NCBI GenBank assembly: GCA_964520655.1
Contig: CAZFNI010000007.1
Location: 6,398-70,397, forward strand
DNA from: an uncultured Planctomycetales bacterium
GTDB lineage: Bacteria > Omnitrophota > Gorgyraeia > Zapsychrales > Fredricksoniimonadaceae
Direction of reading: 5' to 3'
Length of the DNA stretch: 64,000 nt
This document shows, in pieces, positions 1 to 6,760 of the stretch. The number at the start of each line of letters is the position of its first letter. Positions within the stretch are counted from its first letter, which is position 1. Position numbers and translations under genes: made by a program. The notes beneath the pieces are model-generated. The model searched no databases and had not been told where the DNA came from. It saw only the letters and a program-made list of their open reading frames with translations.

Positions 1-412
1 ATATTCCACCCGCATGATTATAGGTGAAGAAGAAATCCTGACGGTAGGTCAAAAACCATAAGCCTCCCAGAAAAGCAGCCGCAGGCGAGAACAGGCGCGC
101 AAGGCAAAGGAAGATCCCTAAGCCGGCGCCGATATTCAGGATGATCTGTCCCAAAAGAATGCTGGGGATGTGCACCCCGAAGAGTTTGAACATCAGCCCG
201 TAATAGTAGGGCATGAGCGGTCCATAGACCCACCAGAAATCTTTGTAGGGCATTTCTCCGCGTAAGACAGCCGCGGCCGCATACAGGTCCCGGCCATGGT
301 CCCCCTGGGCAATGAAACTTTGGAAATTATGGTATGGCCAGCAGATGATGACGCCGGCCATAAAAGTGAGAGCGCAAAAAAAGATAAAACGGATGTTAGG
401 GGAGCTAAACAC
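1..412 (-). CDS. Polytopic membrane protein, ArnT/PMT-like (divergent family A paralog). Only the N-terminal 137 codons are present; the gene continues past the left window edge.
   Basis: Absent from the supplied ORF track because there is no stop codon inside the window. The reverse-strand frame starts at GTG 412-410, just after an in-frame TAA. It reads MFSSPNIRFIFFCALTFMAGVIICWPYHNFQSFIAQGDHGRDLYAAAAVLRGEMPYKDFWWVYGPLMPYYYGLMFKLFGVHIPSILLGQ... and stays open to base 1. It aligns with the D(F/H)GR(E/D)(V/L)Y...G...YKD....(F/Y)G(A/P)L(P/M)PY...L.FK(I/L)FG loop of the four + strand family A genes. The track ORFs 18-233(-) and 193-519(-) lie in other frames and look spurious. Confidence 0.6.
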   Translation of the reverse strand, partial: MFSSPNIRFIFFCALTFMAGVIICWPYHNFQSFIAQGDHGRDLYAAAAVLRGEMPYKDFWWVYGPLMPYYYGLMFKLFGVHIPSILLGQIILNIGAGLGIFLCLARLFSPAAAFLGGLWFLTYRQDFFFTYNHAGGI

Positions 413-532
413 GGGGACATTTTAGTGGGAAAAGCCGGGGGCGTCAAGAAAGCGCTTGCAGAAATAATATGATCCAGCACTTGTTTTATTGTTGGACAGT
501 AGTAAACTTTAATTAGCATTTATAAAAAGATT

Positions 533-2980
533 ATGAAAACGCGCGCTGCCTACATAATGATGGTTATGCTGCTTCTGGGTGCGGGTTTCTTTTTTTGCCG
601 GCCGGCGATCGCGGATATTTATTACGCTGATCCTTCCGGCCATTTTGATGCCAATGCCATGGGGGTCGGCAATACCGTCATCGAAACGCCATCGGCAACA
701 TCAGGGGATTGTTCATCTGAAACATATAGTTCGTGCCGGGCCTCCGCTACTCCCGTAAAATTGAATGTTCCCGCTTTCAATATTGCTGTTGGAACGCAGT
801 GCAAATATATCACCGTTAATAATGGAAAAACAGTTTTTATCCCGGCGAGGACATCCAATGAATGGAAGTCGTTCATGGATTGGGCGGGAAATCCGCTCAG
901 GAATGGCGGGCAAGTGGACCTCCATGGATGCAGCGACGGGATGTGGACGGTGTGGAGCGGGTGTTCTCCGGCCTGCGGACCGCTTGCCGGGACGCAGAAC
1001 CGCCTGTGCGTGTACACCTCCAATTGGAAAGGCAATAATTGCAGCGCGCTGGATGCCTGGGGCAGCTCCAGGGCCTGCGCGGATTATTCCACCTGTGTTT
1101 GCGCGGCGAAAGACGCCAATTCGACATTTTGCGCCGGATCCGACAGCGGCTTTACGGCCATGCCGCCGCCCGTCACCTATGTTAATTTAGGTGGCTGCGA
1201 CGGGACAAAGTGCCAGGCGGCCTGTGTGGCGAATTATCACACCATCGCAGGCGGCTGCGCGATCAATACCTGCGCGCCCCTGACGGCTAATGCGACGGCA
1301 TGTAATGCCCTGACGCCTCCTGCGCATAATCAAAGCTATACGCTTGTCGCCGCTTGTTCGGCCAGCCCCTGTTTGGCCACCTGCAACAGCGGATATTTTA
1401 GAGACGGTGCGGTTTGTAATATTACCCCAGTTTGCGGCGCCAGCCCGAATACTTGCAGTGCCGGGGCACCTTCAGGTTATGACGGTCCCAAAGCCTGCGG
1501 CGGCAGTGTAGAGAATTGGACGTGCAGCAGCGGTTCGGCTTCGATCGCTTGTACCAGCACAACAGCGGCCTGTCCGTCTTGCGGCGGTTCTGCTAACACT
1601 TGCGCTGTGGGATCACCGACATCCTATAACGCGGATGTTTGCGGCGGGACATCAACATGGACATGCGTCAGTGGTGCATTTTCACTAGGGTGCAGCAAGG
1701 CCAATGCCGCGTGTCCGACCTGCGGCGGCAGCAATAATACTTGCGGCGTGGGATCACCGGCGGGGTATAGTGCCGGGGTGTGCGGCGGGTCCGCCACTTG
1801 GAATTGTAATAATGGAGGTTATACTCAAGCCTGCAGCAATGGGAATGCTGCCTGTCCGATATGCGGGGCCAGCAATAATACCTGCAACTTGGGAAGTCCG
1901 TCGGGATATAGTGCCGGCGTATGTGATGGCTCTTCCTCCTGGACGTGCAGTAACGGGGGGTATAATACTAGTTGCGGTAACCCGAATCCTGCCAATCCGA
2001 CCTGCGGGGGCAGCAATAATACCTGCGGTATAGGAACGCCGTCGGGATATGCTCTTGGTGCCTGCGGCGGGTCAGCGACATGGACATGTTCCAATGCAAC
2101 GTGTACTCCTAAAGCATGTAGCAATCCCAACCCTGCCGTCCCGACTTGCGGAGGCAGCTCGAATACATGTGGGATTGGAACCCCATCGGGGTATAGTGCA
2201 GGCGGATGCGGCGGGTCAGCTACATGGTCTTGTGATAATTCATGGTGTTCATCGCAGTCTTGCAGTAATCCGAACGCGGCTTGTCCCGTTTGCGGCGGCA
2301 GTGCCAATACCTGTTCGACAGGTTCACCATCGGGGTATGATGGTCCAAAAGCATGCGGAGGACTTACGGAGAATTGGACGTGCACAAACGGCGGTAGTTC
2401 AACGGGCTGTACGAAAGTCACAGGGGCCTGCGCGGGATGCACGTTTAGCGGAACCTGGGGAGGTGGATGCTCGGGTTCAACATCCGCGGCGCATGGTGCG
2501 ACGGGGACTGCGACGGATAGCACCGGATCGGAAACTGGTTGGATCTCGGCAACGTGCAACAATGGGACATGGACCGGAGTCTCTTCCTACTGCCAGGGGC
2601 CCTATACATTGGGGGCGTATGGCAGCTGTTCGCCATGCCGGACACGCAGTCTGGGTGGCGGATCGGAAGGGACACGCTCGCGCTCCGTAACATGCTCTTA
2701 TGACGCGTGCACGGGCGATAATACAAGCATCCAATGCTGTATTGCTTCTGATTGTCCGGTTACGTGCGGCGATGGGTCCTGCAATGGGGAAACGATCGCT
2801 GGTTGCCCAGCAGATTGCGGTTATTATTATTGCGGCGATGGCAGTTGCAATGCCCCGGAGAACCCCGGCAATTGCCTTGGCGATTGTCCGACAAGTTGTG
2901 GTGACGGATATTGCGTGGGTAGTGAAGTTTGTGATGGCTGTATCGCTGATTGCGGAGCATGTCCGCCTCCTCCAGATTAA
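533..2980 (+). CDS. Secreted cysteine-rich repeat protein (815 aa). It has an N-terminal signal peptide, a TSP1-like module, 7 tandem ~47-aa Cys/Gly/Ser repeats, and C-terminal CGDGxC repeats.
   Basis: Signal-like N-terminus MKTRAAYIMMVMLLLGAGFFFCRPAIA. TSP1-like six-Cys module WTVWSGCSPACGPLAGTQNRLCVY..NNCSALDAWGSSRACADYSTC (nt 944-1095). Repeats have the form CP.CGGS.NTC..G.P.GY..G.CGGS.TW.C.N.....C. The C-terminus has three copies of CGDG.C.....E....C..DC and ends in PPPPD. The N-terminal domain (CKYITVNNGKTVFIPA...EW..F..WA) is shared with the next gene. Confidence 0.85.
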   Translation: MKTRAAYIMMVMLLLGAGFFFCRPAIADIYYADPSGHFDANAMGVGNTVIETPSATSGDCSSETYSSCRASATPVKLNVPAFNIAVGTQCKYITVNNGKTVFIPARTSNEWKSFMDWAGNPLRNGGQVDLHGCSDGMWTVWSGCSPACGPLAGTQNRLCVYTSNWKGNNCSALDAWGSSRACADYSTCVCAAKDANSTFCAGSDSGFTAMPPPVTYVNLGGCDGTKCQAACVANYHTIAGGCAINTCAPLTANATACNALTPPAHNQSYTLVAACSASPCLATCNSGYFRDGAVCNITPVCGASPNTCSAGAPSGYDGPKACGGSVENWTCSSGSASIACTSTTAACPSCGGSANTCAVGSPTSYNADVCGGTSTWTCVSGAFSLGCSKANAACPTCGGSNNTCGVGSPAGYSAGVCGGSATWNCNNGGYTQACSNGNAACPICGASNNTCNLGSPSGYSAGVCDGSSSWTCSNGGYNTSCGNPNPANPTCGGSNNTCGIGTPSGYALGACGGSATWTCSNATCTPKACSNPNPAVPTCGGSSNTCGIGTPSGYSAGGCGGSATWSCDNSWCSSQSCSNPNAACPVCGGSANTCSTGSPSGYDGPKACGGLTENWTCTNGGSSTGCTKVTGACAGCTFSGTWGGGCSGSTSAAHGATGTATDSTGSETGWISATCNNGTWTGVSSYCQGPYTLGAYGSCSPCRTRSLGGGSEGTRSRSVTCSYDACTGDNTSIQCCIASDCPVTCGDGSCNGETIAGCPADCGYYYCGDGSCNAPENPGNCLGDCPTSCGDGYCVGSEVCDGCIADCGACPPPPD
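1430..2430 (+). repeat. Seven tandem in-frame coding repeats of about 46-48 codons inside the 533-2980 gene
   Basis: Units read from the translation: PVCGASPNTCSAGAPSGYDGPKACGGSVENWTCSSG.., CPSCGGSANTCAVGSPTSYNADVCGGTSTWTCVSG.., CPTCGGSNNTCGVGSPAGYSAGVCGGSATWNCNNG.., CPICGASNNTCNLGSPSGYSAGVCDGSSSWTCSNG.., CGGSNNTCGIGTPSGYALGACGGSATWTCSN.., CGGSSNTCGIGTPSGYSAGGCGGSATWSCDN.., CGGSANTCSTGSPSGYDGPKACGGLTENWTCTNG... The first and last units share the GYDGPKACGG..ENWTC variant. Confidence 0.8.
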
Positions 2981-3180
2981 GGATTTTCAGTTATTAGATC
3001 CCATCAATTATTTTTGATAACCATGTTGTTCTGGGTAGAACGAATGTATGTCTCTGCTGTTCTGGTTAAAAAGGCGTGATCAATTTTTAAAGTTTATAAA
3101 AGAAAGCGTTTGCCTAAAAAGTGGATTTGAGCCTTGATTTTAGACTAGGAAGGTCTAAACTTTAAGTGCTAGGAGAAAAA

Positions 3181-4887
3181 ATGACAATGCGCACAATCAC
3201 AGTTTTATTAGTCATGCTGTTTTTGAGCGCGGCTGTTTTTTTTGTCAAAGACCTTCAGGCAACAATTATCTACGGCGACGATTCTCTGAATGCCCATACA
3301 GTTGAAGGTGACAGTGAAACCACGAGTACAGCTCCCGGCGCCGATCCTGAGCAAAACCCGACAGGGGACTGCTCACAGAATCCCAATAAATCCTGCAAAG
3401 CTTCAGCGACCCCGACAAAATTAGATTCTTGGGGAACGCCGTGCAAGTACATCACGGTCAATAATGGCAAGACTTTATTTATCCCCGCCAAGAGCATGGG
3501 GGAATGGAATAATTTTCTTTCCTGGGCATCAAGCAATAATGGGGGGACGGTTTCCTTAAATGATTGTGTCGACGGAACATGGTCAGGGTGGGGCGCTTGT
3601 GTGCCTAGTACCTGCGGCTTCGGTACAGAAACGCGGACCTGTGTGTATGCAAGTCCCTATAAAGGGAAAGACTGTAGTTTGCTTGATGGGGGCAACAGCA
3701 CCCGGCCATGCACAGATTATACGCTATGCACCTGCGGTTCAAATGATGCGAATTCATCGTTCTGTGCCGGCCAGGACATTAATTTCACGGCCATGCCTCC
3801 GCCAACGACATATGTGGAAGCTGGCGGTTGCGACGCGTCAACCAAATGCCAGGCGCAGTGCGGGGCGGCATATCATGTGATACCGGGCGGCTGCGCGTTG
3901 ACAACATATACCGGGACATATCCGGCGTGTCCATCCGGATGCGGGTATATGGGAGGCCCTGTGGCACCTTTAACGTGCACTCGCGATCATGATGGGGCCT
4001 CTGTGGCGGGCGCTTTTTGTGGCAATCAAAGTTGTCCGACAACAGCGCCGTGCTGTGCTGGCGTCATTGATTGTTTCGGCGTGTGCAACGGTGGCGCGGT
4101 CACTGATTGTGCGGGGACTTGCGGCGGCAGTGCGGTCACCGATTGCAACGGTGTTTGCGGTGGCGGTGCGCAGATTGATGTTTGCGGTGTCTGCGGCGGT
4201 AGCGGGAATACCTGTCCATGCGTGGGGGCAACGCCGTGCGGCAGCCCGGGGGCGTGTTATGCGGCGGATGCATGCGGCGTGTGCGGCGGTCCAGGGCCGG
4301 GTTGTACACCAAGTGCTCCGGTATGCGGGGCGCCTAATGTCACGGTATGCAGTCAATGTACAGATGGCTGCGGGATCACCTATGTGGATTGTAATGGATG
4401 TCTTGCTGAACCAGAGCCATGTTCAGGAGCAACGCCGTGCGGCAGCCCGGGGGCATGCTATGCGGCTGATGCGTGCGGTGTGTGCGGAGGGGATGGTTCA
4501 TCATGCGCGCCACCGCCTTGTGTCTATGATTGCAATGGCGTTTGCAACGGCGGCGCGGTCGTGGATAACTGTGGAGTTTGTGGTGGACCTGGTGGCTGTG
4601 GGGGCTGCGCGGGGACAGTGGATTGCAATGGTGTGTGCAATGGCGGCGCGGTCGTGGATAACTGCGGAGTTTGCGGTGGACCTGGTGGCTGCGGGGGTTG
4701 CGCGGGTACAGTGGATTGCAATGGTGTTTGTAACGGCGGCGCGGTCGTAGATGCCTGCGGTCAGTGCGGTGGAGACGGCAGCAGCTGTTGTGCCGGAGGA
4801 TCATTTGATTGCAATGGTGTCTGCAACGGTGGGGCGGTCTTAGATAATTGCGGCGTCTGCGGCGGCTCAGGCGGATGTGGGTATTGA
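3181..4887 (+). CDS. Secreted cysteine-rich protein (about 568 aa), paralogous at its N-terminus to 533-2980. It has a TSP1-like module followed by many 'D.CGVCGG.G..C' (ADAMTS Cys-rich-like) modules.
   Basis: The track ORF opens at GTG 3166. ATG 3181 is preferred because AGGAG lies at 3171-3175. Hydrophobic N-terminus MTMRTITVLLVMLFLSAAVFFV. TSP1-like module WSGWGACVPSTCGFGTETRTCVYASPYKGKDCSLLDGGNSTRPCTDYTLC (nt 3580-3729). Repeated motifs include DVCGVCGGSGNTC, DACGVCGGPGPGC, DACGVCGGDGSSC, DNCGVCGGPGGCGGC (twice), DACGQCGGDGSSC and DNCGVCGGSGGCG. Confidence 0.85.
   Translation: MTMRTITVLLVMLFLSAAVFFVKDLQATIIYGDDSLNAHTVEGDSETTSTAPGADPEQNPTGDCSQNPNKSCKASATPTKLDSWGTPCKYITVNNGKTLFIPAKSMGEWNNFLSWASSNNGGTVSLNDCVDGTWSGWGACVPSTCGFGTETRTCVYASPYKGKDCSLLDGGNSTRPCTDYTLCTCGSNDANSSFCAGQDINFTAMPPPTTYVEAGGCDASTKCQAQCGAAYHVIPGGCALTTYTGTYPACPSGCGYMGGPVAPLTCTRDHDGASVAGAFCGNQSCPTTAPCCAGVIDCFGVCNGGAVTDCAGTCGGSAVTDCNGVCGGGAQIDVCGVCGGSGNTCPCVGATPCGSPGACYAADACGVCGGPGPGCTPSAPVCGAPNVTVCSQCTDGCGITYVDCNGCLAEPEPCSGATPCGSPGACYAADACGVCGGDGSSCAPPPCVYDCNGVCNGGAVVDNCGVCGGPGGCGGCAGTVDCNGVCNGGAVVDNCGVCGGPGGCGGCAGTVDCNGVCNGGAVVDACGQCGGDGSSCCAGGSFDCNGVCNGGAVLDNCGVCGGSGGCGY
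4528..4884 (+). repeat. 93-bp (31-codon) tandem coding repeat, about 3.8 copies, starting at 4528, 4621, 4714 and 4807
   Basis: Each unit encodes DCNGVCNGGAV(V/L)D(N/A)CG(V/Q)CGG(P/D/S)G... Copies 1 and 2 encode identical peptides (DCNGVCNGGAVVDNCGVCGGPGGCGGCAGTV). I counted 8 nucleotide differences between them, all at synonymous third positions. A second, dispersed repeat encoding GATPCGSPGACYAADACGVCGG occurs near 4227 and 4427. Confidence 0.85.
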
Positions 4888-4944
4888 TATCTATTGAATC
4901 CATTTTAGCATTGATATCGCTTTAAATATGTGCAGAATAAAAGC

Positions 4945-6756
4945 ATGTCCGTGCGCAGAAAAGATGTCCTCATTGACGGCTTTTTCCTGTCGATCTTCCT
5001 TCTAATCTTCGTATCCTTCACCTGGGGCAAATGGATCCATCCGATCGTTGATTTCGGCCGAGAGGTTTATATCCCCTGGGCGATCGATCAGGGGGCCGTT
5101 CTCTACAAAGACCTGGCATTTCTTTTCGGTGCCTTGCCTCCTTACTGGAATGCTCTGCTATTTAAGATCTTTGGCGCGTCTTTGCAGACGATCCATGTTG
5201 TGGATGTGTTGGTAGTTTTTCTTTGCGCCGCATTGATCTATCGTTTTTTCTACTGCACCATGAACCGCTTGACAGCCTTCATGGTCACCCTCTCTTTTCT
5301 TATCCTGTTTGTCATGGATTTTTATTATTATGAATCCAATATGGCGTTTTTATCGCCATTCACGCACAGTTATTTTTACGCGTTCCTTTTTGTATTAGCG
5401 GCGGTCAATATCTGGCAATGTTTTCTCATGCGTCCAAGCAGGGCCTGGATATTTTTTTTAGGGATTTGCGTCGGCGGGGTTGTTGTATCACGGCTGGAGA
5501 TCGCGGCAGCATTCTTCGTGGCATTGTTGATCGGGTTTGCCTTTTATCTCCAGCGGTTAAAACCAGGATCACGGCAAACGCTGTATTATATGGGGTGTTT
5601 TATCGGGGGATTATTGACCCCGATCGCTTTGTTCTGGGCGTATTTCTTAATGTATTTACCGCCCTTACCCGCGTTTCTTTCCATCATTGGGTATAATCCT
5701 CAATGGCGTGAGGTAGGGGATCTGTATTTTTATCAATTCTTGGGAGGGTGGAACAACTGGGAGTTAAATGTGCTCTGGATGATCCGCAATTTGCTGGTTT
5801 ATGCGGCGCTGTATGCTTCATTTCATCTGATGCTGATCGCTCGTTTAAGCTTCAGTAAGAAAGAATGGCTGAAAGGTGTTTTCTCCTTCGCGATCTTTTG
5901 TATGGTCTACGGTGGGGTCGCGTTCTATATCAGTGATATATATGCCCGGGGTGTGTTTCGAGGCGCGATCCCGGTAGTGGCGGCGTTGATCGGGATCAGC
6001 CTGTTCAATATTTGCCAGAACAAAGAATGTGCCTGCCGCGACAGGCATTTGTCAATTGTGGTTTTGGCTGTCTTCGCGTTCTTGCTGATGTTCAAGGTCC
6101 CATTACAGTTGACCTTGCAGGACTATGCGCTGATCTACGGGATGTTTGGGGTGTTGATGTTCGTTGCCGGATGTGTGTATTATCTGCCGGAAAGATATCA
6201 ACAGTATCCAGGCGGGAGGAATTGGGTTGCGTTATTAGTTTGCGCGCTGCTGGTGCTGGTCATGGTGCGCGTCGGGATCGTTTCATGGGGAGGGTTATCC
6301 AGCAAGAAAACACTGGTTGGGAGAGGGGAAAATGTGCTATGGACGTTTGATAGTCCCGCGCCTTTTGGTTCCGGCGGCAGCGTGAAAAGTTTTCTGGACT
6401 GGTCCCGGGAACACTTTGCCCCTGAAGATACGTTTGTTGTTTTGCCGGAAGGAATAATGCTCAACTTTTTGACGGGGCATCGGATCACCGGCCGGCATGT
6501 CACATATATGCCGGCGGAAGTAACGACTTTTGGTGAAGCCAGCATGCTTCAAGAACTAAAAATGTCCCCGCCGGATTATGTGGTGGTTGTCGTCAAGCAG
6601 ACAAATGCCTATGGAGGACTGGACCTGGGCGTGAATTATTTAAATGATGTGTATAGATGGGTAAAGGATAACTATACCGTAGTATGGAGGTCGGGGAGCA
6701 AGAAGAAAGATAGTTTCCTGATGTCAGTGTATCAGAAAAAAGAGCGGAAGAGGTAG
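4945..6756 (+). CDS. Family A1: polytopic membrane protein, ArnT/PMT (GT-C)-like N-terminal loop, with a C-terminal soluble domain
   Basis: The ORF is open from GTG 4930. ATG 4945 (MSVRRKDVLIDG..) matches the paralog N-termini. Motif W.HP.VDFGREVYIPWAIDQGAVLYKDLAFLFGALPPYWNALLFKIFG is followed by many hydrophobic spans. C-terminal domain: FVVLPEGIMLNFLTGHRITGRHVTYMPAEV..FGE..ML..L...PPDYVVVV...N.YG....G.NY......W....Y..VW. Confidence 0.6.
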   Translation: MSVRRKDVLIDGFFLSIFLLIFVSFTWGKWIHPIVDFGREVYIPWAIDQGAVLYKDLAFLFGALPPYWNALLFKIFGASLQTIHVVDVLVVFLCAALIYRFFYCTMNRLTAFMVTLSFLILFVMDFYYYESNMAFLSPFTHSYFYAFLFVLAAVNIWQCFLMRPSRAWIFFLGICVGGVVVSRLEIAAAFFVALLIGFAFYLQRLKPGSRQTLYYMGCFIGGLLTPIALFWAYFLMYLPPLPAFLSIIGYNPQWREVGDLYFYQFLGGWNNWELNVLWMIRNLLVYAALYASFHLMLIARLSFSKKEWLKGVFSFAIFCMVYGGVAFYISDIYARGVFRGAIPVVAALIGISLFNICQNKECACRDRHLSIVVLAVFAFLLMFKVPLQLTLQDYALIYGMFGVLMFVAGCVYYLPERYQQYPGGRNWVALLVCALLVLVMVRVGIVSWGGLSSKKTLVGRGENVLWTFDSPAPFGSGGSVKSFLDWSREHFAPEDTFVVLPEGIMLNFLTGHRITGRHVTYMPAEVTTFGEASMLQELKMSPPDYVVVVVKQTNAYGGLDLGVNYLNDVYRWVKDNYTVVWRSGSKKKDSFLMSVYQKKERKR

Positions 6757-6760
6757 GCCC

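Noticed and set aside
18-519. Track ORFs 18-233(-) and 193-519(-), 71 and 108 aa
   Set aside because: Their translations are compositionally odd and match nothing. The third - strand frame over the same bases encodes a clear homolog of the family A membrane proteins, so these are overlapping out-of-frame ORFs.
622-2734. Numerous alternative-frame and antisense ORFs inside the 533-2980 gene, for example 1825-2562(-) at 245 aa and 2049-2690(+) at 213 aa
   Set aside because: They are shadow ORFs produced by the GC-rich, Cys/Gly-codon-rich repeats. Their translations are low-complexity (Pro/Ala/Arg/His-rich) with no motifs. The sense frame has a signal peptide and ordered Cys repeats.
2981-3180. 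The 200-nt intergenic region between the two Cys-rich genes as an ncRNA, riboswitch or terminator
   Set aside because: It has only short hairpins (GTTCTgggtAGAAC near 3027-3040 and TTAGACtaggaagGTCTAA at 3140-3158) with no U-tract, and only a weak promoter-like match (TTGATT-17-TAAACT). I recognise no conserved riboswitch architecture.
533-4887. Possibility that the TSP1/ADAMTS-like genes are eukaryotic contamination or an assembly chimera
   Set aside because: The ORFs are uninterrupted and have bacterial-type signal peptides and an AGGAG RBS. They sit 120 bp and 57 nt from typical bacterial membrane-protein genes on the same contig. There are no intron-like interruptions. Contamination cannot be fully excluded without read-level data.
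3560-4903. ORFs 3989-4750(+) at 253 aa, 4376-4903(-) at 175 aa, and 3970-4356(-) at 128 aa
   Set aside because: For the same reason, these are out-of-frame or antisense readings of the CGVCGG repeat region. They are Arg/Ala/His-rich nonsense with periodicity inherited from the 93-bp repeat.
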